Of a stretch of 64,000 bases of DNA, positions 18,563 to 27,663 are shown piece by piece. The notes beneath the pieces are model-generated. The model saw nothing but the letters and a program-made list of their open reading frames with translations. It was not told the origin of the DNA and did no database searches. Within the stretch, counting starts at the first letter, position 1. Each line of letters starts with the position of its first letter. Made by a program: the position numbers and the translations under genes. The stretch is from Bacilli bacterium (lineage in GTDB: Bacteria; Bacillota_I; Bacilli_A; RFN20; CAG-449). The stretch lies in NCBI GenBank assembly GCA_900755065.1, contig CAAEFC010000012.1, positions 198-64,197 of the forward strand, given 5' to 3'.

Positions 18563-18696
18563 TAAAAAAGTCCTGCGATCCAGGACGATAAAAGGAAAGT
18601 CAAAAATCAAAATCACTTCCGCTAGTATTACCTAGATCAAGTACGGTCCCGCAGGTCTACCTGCGATCTCAGCCTGCTCACATCAAGCACCCAACG
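18563..18696 (-). promoter_or_regulatory. TPP (THI-box) riboswitch with terminator expression platform
   Basis: The minus strand reads GGGTGC...CTGAGA...ACC..CTTGATCTAGGTAATACTAGCGGAAG, which are the conserved TPP aptamer elements. It is followed by GTCCTGGATCGCAGGAC plus T6 before the thiT RBS. Confidence 0.85.
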
Positions 18697-18784
18697 TTAT
18701 TTTCTTCTCCGTCAGAAAAAAAGTCAACTGTTTTGTGTTTTTTTCCCATACTCCGACATATATTAGAGAGAAAGGACATTACTT

Positions 18785-19222
18785 ATGGATCGAATTCAAC
18801 CACCCCCTAATTATTTCGGCGCCCCATATCCGCAAGGAGTCGATATGAATCACGCCAATTTCGCGCCGCCGCCGAGTATGCAATCGCCGAATATGCCAAG
18901 TCCCGCGCCGACGAATTACTCGACCCGTCAGGAAACGGAGAAACCGAACACGGGAAACAACCAGTACGAACCGGTATTAACCAACGAATACCTGACGAAA
19001 TTCATGGACGGACACATCGGCAGAAAAGTCAAAGTGTATTGCGCGTTCACCGATTCCGCCCAATGGCACGACATGGTTTTTGAAGGTCTGGTCTGGGGAG
19101 CCGGAGACGATTATCTGATTCTTTACGAAGAAAAATCCAAAAAGCACACGCTGATCATGGCGGTTTACATTCTTTACATCGAATTCACCGATATCAGCGG
19201 CACTTATCAGGAAAACATTTAA
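18785..19222 (+). CDS. GerQ/YwdL-like spore coat protein family member
   Basis: P/Q/N-rich N-terminus, then GRKVKVYCAFTDSAQWHDMVFEGLVWGAGDDYLILYEEKSKKHTLIMAVYILYIEF. This parallels B. subtilis GerQ KGKVATVYMTFENSKEWGSKIFKGVIEAAGRDHIIISDPQSGKRYLLLTIYLDYVTF, quoted from memory. Confidence 0.6.
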   Translation: MDRIQPPPNYFGAPYPQGVDMNHANFAPPPSMQSPNMPSPAPTNYSTRQETEKPNTGNNQYEPVLTNEYLTKFMDGHIGRKVKVYCAFTDSAQWHDMVFEGLVWGAGDDYLILYEEKSKKHTLIMAVYILYIEFTDISGTYQENI

Positions 19223-19223
19223 C

Positions 19224-19252
19224 AAAAAAACCGATGGCTTTCATCGGTTTTT
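19224..19252. terminator. Bidirectional terminator between convergent genes
   Basis: A7-CCGATG-gcttt-CATCGG-T5. Confidence 0.7.
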
Positions 19253-19261
19253 CGTTTGCCT

Positions 19262-20965
19262 TTATTTTTTCGTCGCGTTTTTCTTTTGCAACGCCGCCTT
19301 TTCCCTTTCGGCCTTTCTGGCGGCTCGGGCCTCCCGTTGCTTTTTCAACCGCGCCTGACGCTCGGCTTCCTGCTCTCTGTGCGTCGGCACCCGGGCTTCG
19401 ACTTTTCCGCTTCTGGCGCCCGGTTTCCGGAAATTTCGGAACGGATCGTTTTCTTCGGTTAAGGTGCCATTGTCGATCATCGCCTGACGCTCAGCTTCCA
19501 AGGCTCTCTGCTCGGCTTCCAGACGCTCTTTTTCGCGTTTTTTCTGCAAGCGATAGCGCTCTAACGGCGTAAGCCCGCTGAACTCGTCTTTCGACTCTTC
19601 CGCTTTCTTTTCCTCCGCCGGCTTCTCTTCCGCGACCGGAGCGGTTTTCTCTTCTTCTTTCTTTTCAGGCGGAAGCGACGCTTCTTCGTCTTTTTCCTCC
19701 GCAGGTTCTCCCTTGATGTTGGAAACGTATTCGTTGATGAGATAGCGGTCTTTGGTGTACTCTTCGACGGTTTTCAGCCGGATCTCGTCGGCCTGATATT
19801 TTTCGTAGTACAACTCGTCTTCCCGTCCTTGCTGCTTCAACTGGTCGATGCCGTCTTCTTCCACCACTTCGATAACCGGTTCTTCTTCCAGAACGATATC
19901 GAAGTCTTTGTCGGATATGTAGCGGACCTCTCTTTCCGTGATTGCCTTGTTCAAAGGCTCCTCCTCGACTTGTCCGACGCCTAAATCGCGGACGCCGGTT
20001 CCCAGATCGTCGTAGTAATCCGCTGGTTTTTTATCGTCGCGGACGAACGGATCGACCGGATTGACTTTGGCGATTTTCTGAATCTCTTCGTTGTCGGATT
20101 CCACCATGTACATGAATTGTTCGCTCTTCGACGAATACTCTTTCGCATGTTTCGTGCGGACTTTGTATTCCTGATAATCTTTTTTGAATATATACCGGTT
20201 TTTCGCGCGTTTCGCCTTTCTCTTCGCCCGGGTTTTCCGGAAAAGCAGATTGAGCAAGGAGAAAAAGCCGTACCAGATCGCCAGAATCAGAACGGAAAGA
20301 ACCGGCAGGATCACGTATTCCGTCCAGGCGAAATTTTCCGGAATCCGGTTGATCAGATCGATGTAGCCGAAGCCCGAAGCGTTGGTGAAAAGTTTCAGAT
20401 AAGCGTCGATAACGGAAGCGTCGTCGGAGAAAACCCCTACGATCATGCCTTCGATGTGATCCGAATAAATCGTCCACGTGCCTTGCACGTTCGCATGGAC
20501 TTTCGCGCTGACGGCGGAATCAAAACGGGTCAGAACGAATACGGCGATGAAGAGCAAAGGAATCAACAGCGAAAAGAGTCTCCTGACAGGGAATCTTTTC
20601 ATGAAACGGCGATAATCGAATTTATCTTCTTCCGCTTCGCTCGGCACGTAATGGCACTTGACGACGCGGGCGATTTTCTTTTTTCGCGACGCTTTCACGA
20701 TCGCGCCGATCGAACAGAAAACCGCGTAATACACGACGATAAAAGCGGCATTCAGCGCGATAAACGCGACGATTTTACCGAAATTCTTCTCCGATAACTG
20801 CAACCACGAAGCGATCGTTTTCAGCATCGTGTCGGAGAAATAATCCCCGGCGACGGCGATCGGTTTCAGCCAGGAAGGTTCTCCTACGGACGGATAAAGG
20901 CCGTAAAGAATTAAAAAGACGATTTCCGCCAGAAGAATGACTCCTATTCCGATTTTCTTTTTCAT
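19262..20965 (-). CDS. Hypothetical polytopic membrane protein with a long, highly charged (E/K/R-rich) C-terminal tail
   Basis: ORF track, 567 aa. About 5 hydrophobic segments lie in the first 260 aa. The remaining roughly 300 aa are acidic/basic low-complexity and coiled-coil-like sequence. Confidence 0.65.
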   Translation of the reverse strand: MKKKIGIGVILLAEIVFLILYGLYPSVGEPSWLKPIAVAGDYFSDTMLKTIASWLQLSEKNFGKIVAFIALNAAFIVVYYAVFCSIGAIVKASRKKKIARVVKCHYVPSEAEEDKFDYRRFMKRFPVRRLFSLLIPLLFIAVFVLTRFDSAVSAKVHANVQGTWTIYSDHIEGMIVGVFSDDASVIDAYLKLFTNASGFGYIDLINRIPENFAWTEYVILPVLSVLILAIWYGFFSLLNLLFRKTRAKRKAKRAKNRYIFKKDYQEYKVRTKHAKEYSSKSEQFMYMVESDNEEIQKIAKVNPVDPFVRDDKKPADYYDDLGTGVRDLGVGQVEEEPLNKAITEREVRYISDKDFDIVLEEEPVIEVVEEDGIDQLKQQGREDELYYEKYQADEIRLKTVEEYTKDRYLINEYVSNIKGEPAEEKDEEASLPPEKKEEEKTAPVAEEKPAEEKKAEESKDEFSGLTPLERYRLQKKREKERLEAEQRALEAERQAMIDNGTLTEENDPFRNFRKPGARSGKVEARVPTHREQEAERQARLKKQREARAARKAEREKAALQKKNATKK

Positions 20966-21117
20966 ATTGATTCACCCGAATTCATTATAACAAAATATAT
21001 TTGCTTGTCCAAAATAAAATGTTATTTCTCCTTGATTTTGAAGAACTTCTTTTCGTCGAAAATCGCTTTTCGCAAGCCCGCATTTCGGATATAATGTCTT
21101 TAACGTGAGGTGGTCTT

Positions 21118-21489
21118 ATGAAGCGCATTTTCTTTCACTCCCGAACCCGCTACCTGATGTCCGCGGGTTTCGCCTTGCTGATCGTTCTTCTGAAACTGTT
21201 TTCCTCCGGAGACTTTACGCTCCTCCGGTCCTATTCTGACGGATTTTTCATCGCCGGATTCTTTTTGCTCTGCATCGGCGGTCTTTCGGTCGTCAATTAC
21301 TTCGGAGGGTTCGACATTTTCTCGTGCATGGTGGCCAAAAGAGACGCCGACGGGCATAAACCGACCTTGCACGAATATGCACAAATGAAAGCCGAAAAGC
21401 GAAAGAGCAATCCTTTCGTTTTCGTTCCTTATTTCACCGTCGGAGGGATCGCGCTCATCGTCGCCCTTATCTTGCTTCTCCTCATCTGA
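21118..21489 (+). CDS. Small membrane protein, DUF3899-like
   Basis: ORF track, 123 aa. Three hydrophobic segments, with GFDIFSCMV... after TM2 as in DUF3899 proteins (from memory). Confidence 0.55.
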   Translation: MKRIFFHSRTRYLMSAGFALLIVLLKLFSSGDFTLLRSYSDGFFIAGFFLLCIGGLSVVNYFGGFDIFSCMVAKRDADGHKPTLHEYAQMKAEKRKSNPFVFVPYFTVGGIALIVALILLLLI

Positions 21490-21554
21490 ACGGGATAACG
21501 TGAAAATTCATAGACAAAACAATACTCCGCTTCATCTTTTCCAAAGCAGTAAAT

Positions 21555-22556
21555 TTATTGAATTCGCTTTTGTATATCCTCGATGGAAGGTAATTGTTTG
21601 CTTAATTCTTCGGGTAAAACGCTACCGAATTTATATTCGCTTATTCCCATAGGTTTGCTCAAATCTTTTAAGGCGTATTCCGCAACGAGATTGTTCTTGC
21701 TTTTACAGAGCAATAATCCGATAGTGGGATTATCGGTTTCTTTTTTCAGTTCGCCGTCTACCGCCGAAAGATAAAAATTCAATTGCCCCGCATATTCCGG
21801 TGTAAAATCGCCTGTTTTGAGTTCTATAACGACATAACAGCGGAGATTCAGGTTATAAAAAAGCAAATCGATATAAAAATCGTCGCCGCCCACGGTCAAA
21901 TGATATTGATTGCCAAGAAAGGCAAAACCCGTGCCGAGTTCCAAAAGCAACGATGTAACTTCTTTTACAAGCGCATTTTCTATTTCTCTCTCAACCATAT
22001 CTTCTTTAAACGGAATAAAATCGAACACATACGGATCTTTCATTGTTTGCAAAGCAAGTTCGCTTTGCGCAACGGGCAAAAGATTTTCAAAATTGGAAAT
22101 TTTGTGAGCGGTAACTTGCCGCTCGTAAAGTCCGCTTTCAATCTGATGTACGAGAACATTGCGCGACCAGCCATTTTTAACCGTTTCTTTGGCATACCAT
22201 ATACTTACTTCTTTGCCTTTAACCTTATCCATTAAAGCAATATTATGGTACTAAGTAATTTGTGCAAGTACCTCTTGCACAATTTGCTCGTTATATTCGG
22301 CGGCAAACTTTGCCATATATTTGAGATTGCGAACGGAATAACCGGTAGAAGTCGGATACGCCATTTTTATGTCTTTGGCAAGATGATCAATGAACTTACT
22401 TCCCCACTTTTTGTGTTCGTTGATAATGTTTCCTATATGATAGTAAAGCAGAGTCAGTTCTTTGTTTACATGCAAAGCCGCACTATACTGTGCTTTCGAT
22501 ATTTCTGTCTTTATTAACTCAATTACGCCTAAATATTGATTATCGTTTATAAGCAT
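21555..22556 (-). pseudogene. YhcG/DUF1016 PDDEXK-nuclease family gene interrupted by a single in-frame TAG
   Basis: ORFs 22251-22556 and 21555-22232 are in the same frame. The junction reads AQIT-TAG-YHNIALMDKVKGKE. Family members have a conserved Trp here (..QIPWGHN..), consistent with TGG to TAG. The C-terminal half carries a PD-(D/E)xK-like core (DLLFYN...VVIELK). Confidence 0.75.
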
Positions 22557-22570
22557 ATCCTTACCTCAAA

Positions 22571-22596
22571 TAAACAATACCTGTAAACAATACCTG
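22571..22596. repeat. Tandem duplication of 13 bp (TAAACAATACCTG x2)
   Basis: Read directly; it lies just upstream of the yhcG-like start. Confidence 0.9.
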
Positions 22597-22761
22597 CTTT
22601 GTTTCTTTATTCATCATTTATGATATAACATAATAAGCCCAAATTTTCAATGACTTTTGCCGAGTTACAATCTATTTCTCCTTGGTGCTTTTGTTTTGTT
22701 GTCAGAACGATTATACCCTGGATTTGCTTCTTTTAATTTCGCTTCATCGCATACGATACAA

Positions 22762-22792
22762 GCAAAAGACCCGCAGAAATGTTCTGTGGGTC
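22762..22792 (-). terminator. Terminator of the opp operon
   Basis: The minus strand reads GACCCACAGAA-cat-TTCTGCGGGTC followed by TTTTGCTTG, about 55 nt after the oppF stop. Confidence 0.6.
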
Positions 22793-22846
22793 GTTCCCCG
22801 TCGTTGAAAACACAATTCACCGACGGCGGTTTTCTTGTCAAATTCC

Positions 22847-24223
22847 TTATTGAAGTTCTTTCTGATACTCCTCGAATTCCTTCTGATTGCAGTAAATGAA
22901 ATGCCCTTCCTTGATTTCGCGCATCGACGGCTTATCGGTCGAATAATCGTGCACTTCGTTCGGCTTGTAGAGAATTCGCTTTCGGTTTTTCTCCGTCAGA
23001 GGATTCGGTTTCGGAATCGCGGATAACAGCGACTTCGTATACGGGTGCAACGGATTTTTGAACAATTCGTCGCTCGAAGCCAGTTCCACGATCTTGCCGA
23101 AATACATCACGGCGATCCGGTCGCAGAAATATTTGACGACCGACAGATCGTGCGCGATGAAGATAATGGTCAATCCCATTTCCTCTTTCAGATCGTTCAA
23201 CAGGTTGATGATCTGCGCGCGGATCGAAACGTCCAACGCGCTGATCGGCTCGTCGCAAATCAGCAATTTCGGATTCATGATCAACGCCCGCGCGATACCG
23301 ATCCTCTGCCGTTGACCGCCGGAGAATTCGTGAGGATAACGCGAAGCGTGTTCGGCTACGAGGCCGACTTTTTCCAGCATTTCGACCACTTTTTTGTGGT
23401 TGGCTTCCTTATTGTAGTAGCCCTGAATTTTCAATCCTTCCTGGATGATGTCTTCGACCGTCATTCTCGGATCGAGCGAATCGACCGGATCCTGGAAGAT
23501 CATCTGAATCTCGTTGACCAGTTTTCTCGGCGTATGGCTGTTATCGAAACGGATCTGCGCGATTTTTTTTCGTTGCGTTTTCACGATATCGTCGGCAAAT
23601 TTTCTTGCCGCCATTTTCTCGTAACGAATGGACTCTCTGATATTCTGAACGGAACTCGAATAATCCGGGCTTTTCGGATCGAGTTTTCCGATCATTTCGT
23701 TCTGCTTTTTGGAGAGTTCGGCGAGTTTCTGTTTCAGCCGGATCCGGGTGAATTTGATCTCCTTTTCGTTCCAGCGCTTTCCCGCCGAAATCCGGTAACC
23801 CCGATAGTAAATCGAGCCGGAAGTGATGTCGTATAATTTGATGATCGACCGTCCCGTCGTCGTCTTTCCGCAACCCGATTCGCCGACGATTCCGAAGCAT
23901 TCTCCGGAATGGACGTCGAAAGAGATGTTGCTGACTGCTTTCAGTTTCGACTTGTTGATTCCCGCGCCGAAGAAGAAGAACTGCTTCAAATTCCGCACCG
24001 AAAGCAGGATATCGCTGTCGATCAGTTCCTGTTTTCTCTTCAAATGCGGGTGAATGCCGTATTTGCTTTCCAACGACTTCTTGGACTTTTCGAGTCCTTC
24101 CTCGAAGGAAACGACTTCCTCGAAATCATCGTTAGCCAAAGGCGATCCTTCTTCGTTTGCGACGATGTTGCTGCGCAATTCTTCGTCGAGATTGAAATCT
24201 CCGTCCTTGCGTTTATTGCTCAT
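22847..24223 (-). CDS. oppF: Oligopeptide ABC transporter ATP-binding protein OppF, with an N-terminal extension and an internal insertion
   Basis: Walker A GESGCGKTT, Q-loop IFQDP, signature FSGGQRQR, Walker B LLICDEP, and the C-terminal oligopeptide/dipeptide domain (PLHPYTKSLLSAIP). 458 aa. Confidence 0.88.
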   Translation of the reverse strand: MSNKRKDGDFNLDEELRSNIVANEEGSPLANDDFEEVVSFEEGLEKSKKSLESKYGIHPHLKRKQELIDSDILLSVRNLKQFFFFGAGINKSKLKAVSNISFDVHSGECFGIVGESGCGKTTTGRSIIKLYDITSGSIYYRGYRISAGKRWNEKEIKFTRIRLKQKLAELSKKQNEMIGKLDPKSPDYSSSVQNIRESIRYEKMAARKFADDIVKTQRKKIAQIRFDNSHTPRKLVNEIQMIFQDPVDSLDPRMTVEDIIQEGLKIQGYYNKEANHKKVVEMLEKVGLVAEHASRYPHEFSGGQRQRIGIARALIMNPKLLICDEPISALDVSIRAQIINLLNDLKEEMGLTIIFIAHDLSVVKYFCDRIAVMYFGKIVELASSDELFKNPLHPYTKSLLSAIPKPNPLTEKNRKRILYKPNEVHDYSTDKPSMREIKEGHFIYCNQKEFEEYQKELQ

Positions 24224-25748
24224 CGGAAATCACCTCCTCGTTTCCCTTATCGGTCTCTTTCGTCTGTAAGGCCAGTCGTATTCTTTCGGATACGATCCGC
24301 GGCATTTCGACTTTCGGCGCGTCTTCGTGCAAGAGCCACGTCGCCGCATAGTGCGTGTCGGACACTTTGAAGAACGGCGGTTCTTTTTCAAAATCGATTT
24401 TCATCGCGTACCGGCTTCTTAAAGCGAATGCGTCCCCTTTCGGCGGATAGATCATGTTCGGCGGCGTACCCGGAATGGCTTCGAGCCGTTCCTTGCTGTC
24501 GACGTCCGGAATGGAAGAAAGCAAAGCCCACGTATACGGGTGCTTCGGTTCAAAGAAGATCTCTTCCGAACGCCCGTATTCGACGATTTTTCCGGCATAC
24601 ATCACGGCGATGCGGTCGGCCATATTGGCGACGACGCCCAGATCGTGCGTGATGAAAATGCAGGCGATATGCTTTTCGCGCTGAATCTTTTTGATGAGTT
24701 CCAGAATCTGCGCCTGAATCGTCACGTCCAGCGCGGTCGTCGGTTCGTCGCAGATGAGAATTTCCGGCGAAGCGGTCAAAGCGATCGCGATGACGATTCT
24801 CTGTCGCATTCCTCCCGAAAATTCAAAAGGATACTGACGGTAGCGTTTCTCCGGCATCGGAATGCCGACTTCGCGCATGATTTCCAACGCCCGCCTTTTC
24901 GCTTCCGCCCGGGTGATTTTCAACTGATTGGTGCATTCCAGACGAATCGCCTTGATTTCCTTCTCCAATTCTTTCTTTTCTTCCGGCGTGGCCGATTCCA
25001 TCTTCCGACGAACCTCGCGGATTTTTTCATCGCGTTCCGAAAGGACGTTCGCCTTATAGCGTTTCACGTCCGCTTTGGCCTCTTTTTTCTTTCGGTTCAG
25101 CGCGATCTTCAACGGCGCGGCGATGGCTTTGTGTTCCTTGATTTTTTCGCGTTTAAACGTGGCAAATTCCTTCTTTTTCAAGCGGATTTCCGCGCGAATT
25201 TTCGCTTTTTCCTCATTGGAAACCGAAGCGTCTTTCAGTTTCTTCTTGCTTTCGTCGAGGAAAGTATTCAACGCGTTTTTCGCGCTTTGAATCGCGCTGT
25301 TTCTCTTCGCAAACGAGTTCTTGTATTCGACCAGTTCGTCGGAAATCAGATTCTCGTAGAGGATTTTCAGTTTATTGGAGTTGATCAGCATCGCTTCGGT
25401 GATCTGCTTGCCGATCCGGACGATCGGATTCAGCGACGACAGCGGATCCTGAAAGATCATGCCGATCTTGTGGCCGCGGATCCGATGAAATTCTTCTTCG
25501 GAAACTTCGAGAAGATTCTCCCCTTGATACATGATTTTTCCGCCTTCGATGATCGCGTTGTTGGCCAGAATACCCATGATCGCTTTGGAAGTAACGGATT
25601 TTCCCGATCCCGACTCGCCGACGATACACAGGGTTTCGTCCGGAGAAAGATCGAAAGATACGTCTCTGACGGCATGAAGAATGCCGTGATCGGTCCGGAA
25701 ACTGATCGTCAGATTCTCAACCGAAAGGATTTTATTTTCCTTTTCCAC
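24213..25748 (-). CDS. oppD: Oligopeptide ABC transporter ATP-binding protein OppD, with a large K/E-rich insertion
   Basis: Walker A GESGSGKSV, IFQDP, FSGGMRQR, ILICDEPTTALD and PKHPYTWALLSSIP. 511 aa. Confidence 0.88.
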   Translation of the reverse strand: MEKENKILSVENLTISFRTDHGILHAVRDVSFDLSPDETLCIVGESGSGKSVTSKAIMGILANNAIIEGGKIMYQGENLLEVSEEEFHRIRGHKIGMIFQDPLSSLNPIVRIGKQITEAMLINSNKLKILYENLISDELVEYKNSFAKRNSAIQSAKNALNTFLDESKKKLKDASVSNEEKAKIRAEIRLKKKEFATFKREKIKEHKAIAAPLKIALNRKKKEAKADVKRYKANVLSERDEKIREVRRKMESATPEEKKELEKEIKAIRLECTNQLKITRAEAKRRALEIMREVGIPMPEKRYRQYPFEFSGGMRQRIVIAIALTASPEILICDEPTTALDVTIQAQILELIKKIQREKHIACIFITHDLGVVANMADRIAVMYAGKIVEYGRSEEIFFEPKHPYTWALLSSIPDVDSKERLEAIPGTPPNMIYPPKGDAFALRSRYAMKIDFEKEPPFFKVSDTHYAATWLLHEDAPKVEMPRIVSERIRLALQTKETDKGNEEVISDEQ

Positions 25749-25750
25749 CG

Positions 25751-27661
25751 CTAATCACTTCCTTTCAAAGAAGGGTTCAACGCGTCTCTGAGACCGTTGC
25801 CGAACAGGTTGAACGAGATCATCAGCAACGAGATGATGATCGAAGGGAAGATGATCAGCATCGGATACGTGCTGTAATACACCTGATTCTCCGAAAGCAG
25901 AACGCCGAACGACTTGACCCCTTTGAGTCCCAGACCGAGATAGGCGATCGTCGCTTCCGAGAAAATCACGCTCGGAATCATCAGGACGGCCGAAGTGATG
26001 ATCGTCCCCAACGAGTTCGGAAGAATGTGTTTGAAGATCAGACGCATATCGGACGCTCCTAAGGTTCGTGCCGCCAGAATGTATTCTCTGCCTTTGAAAC
26101 GGTAGAACTGCGTCCGCGTCCTAGCCGCCGTGCCCATCCAGCCGGTCAGACACAGGGCGATGGCGAAGGTGCCGATCTTGTTGCCCAAAAGCAAAATCGT
26201 CAACGTGATCACGACGACGAAAGGTACGCCGCCGAGAATGTCGCAGAACCGCTCCATGAAGAGATCGACGTTGCCGCCGAAATAACCGGAAATCGATCCC
26301 CAGACCAGTCCGATGATGAAGTTGATCGCACTGACGACAATCGCCAGAAGCAACGAACTCCGCAGAGCCTTGAACGAATACGTAAAGAGATCGCGCCCGG
26401 ACGCATCGGTTCCGAAGATGAAACTCGGCATCGAATTGTATCCCAGATAGCGGTAATAGACGACGTCGCAAACGTAATTGTACGCGACAAAGGAACCGTT
26501 GATCTGCTCTTTTTCTTCATGAATCGCTTCAATCGGACATTTATCGCTCAGTTTCACGAAAGAAGAAGGTCCGACGTCGAAATCATAAGAACACCAGCCG
26601 TTGGCGATATAGGTATTGAGCAGACTTCTTCCGATTTCGAAATTGTACTGCATACCCAGTTTGGCTTCGTAATAATCGTAAACGAACGAAACCCGCGAAA
26701 CGGTGGCCTGATAGACTTCGGTCCGACCCGAACAACGCCAGTAATCGTTGGAGAATTTTCCGTTTTCTCCGGCAGAAATCAGGCATTGCGCATTCGCGTC
26801 GGTCATCGAGATTTCGTCCAGAAGGGAAAGGACGCTTTCGTCCGTCGTATCGGAATGAATCTCGATCGATTTCATCAGAATGTATTTTTCGTAGTCCGGA
26901 GATTGCTTGATTTCAATCTGAATGTACGCGTTCTCCAAATCGGCGATCCCGTTTTCGCTGATGTACGAACTCAGGTTGACGGAAAAGTCTTCGTAAGAAG
27001 AAGTTACATCGGTCAGGGCGTAACGCCTTCCCGAAGTCCGCGAACTGCTCGACGAAAGGTAAATCTGATAATCGCCCAGTTTTCCGTTCAGATCGTCGGT
27101 GTCCCCGAACGTAATCGTCAATGTGGTGTTGTCTTCCGCATGCAGAGGGAATGCCGCGTAATTGTAGATGTATTTCGTGCCGCTACCGACTTCGGAGACG
27201 AATTTCAGATACCCGCCTTCCGCGTACTGACTCGGAAGATTGGTGAACGAATCCGTTCGATCGGTGATTTTGACGACGGCGTTGGCCTTGAATCCGGCCG
27301 GCGCGTCGATCGAATAATCGTAAAGAATGTTTTCAAATTTTTTGGTTCCGTCCCAGAATCCCGTTCCGGCCTTAAAGACTTTCGGATAAAGGTATCCTTG
27401 TTCCGGAATGTTCTTCTCGACGTTCGCGGTGCTGAATGTCGGAACGAAAATCGCCAGAACGGCGATGATTCCGATGATAACCGCCGCGACGACCGAAGAT
27501 TTGTTCTTGCAGAACCGCTTGAAAGCGTCTTTGCCGAACGTGGTCGCTTTGGTCTCGAACTTGACGTCGTGAATCTTTGCGTCCTTCTGGACAAACTCAA
27601 AATCGCTCTTGGTGACTTCGAATTCGACGCCCTGCGCGTCATGGGTTGTCTTGTTCTTCAT
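25751..27661 (-). CDS. oppC: Oligopeptide ABC transporter permease OppC with a very large extracytoplasmic loop
   Basis: ORF track, 636 aa. The C-terminal 250 aa are a typical OppC/DppC core (GTDASGRDLF..., EAA-type loop ARTLGASDMRLIFKHILPN). About 330 aa lie between TM1 and the core. Confidence 0.85.
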   Translation of the reverse strand: MKNKTTHDAQGVEFEVTKSDFEFVQKDAKIHDVKFETKATTFGKDAFKRFCKNKSSVVAAVIIGIIAVLAIFVPTFSTANVEKNIPEQGYLYPKVFKAGTGFWDGTKKFENILYDYSIDAPAGFKANAVVKITDRTDSFTNLPSQYAEGGYLKFVSEVGSGTKYIYNYAAFPLHAEDNTTLTITFGDTDDLNGKLGDYQIYLSSSSSRTSGRRYALTDVTSSYEDFSVNLSSYISENGIADLENAYIQIEIKQSPDYEKYILMKSIEIHSDTTDESVLSLLDEISMTDANAQCLISAGENGKFSNDYWRCSGRTEVYQATVSRVSFVYDYYEAKLGMQYNFEIGRSLLNTYIANGWCSYDFDVGPSSFVKLSDKCPIEAIHEEKEQINGSFVAYNYVCDVVYYRYLGYNSMPSFIFGTDASGRDLFTYSFKALRSSLLLAIVVSAINFIIGLVWGSISGYFGGNVDLFMERFCDILGGVPFVVVITLTILLLGNKIGTFAIALCLTGWMGTAARTRTQFYRFKGREYILAARTLGASDMRLIFKHILPNSLGTIITSAVLMIPSVIFSEATIAYLGLGLKGVKSFGVLLSENQVYYSTYPMLIIFPSIIISLLMISFNLFGNGLRDALNPSLKGSD

Positions 27662-27663
27662 CT

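Noticed and set aside
22571-22596. Tandem 13-bp repeat considered as a possible CRISPR or iteron trace
   Set aside because: There are only two directly abutting copies with no spacers, and no cas genes. It is most simply a local duplication upstream of a pseudogene.
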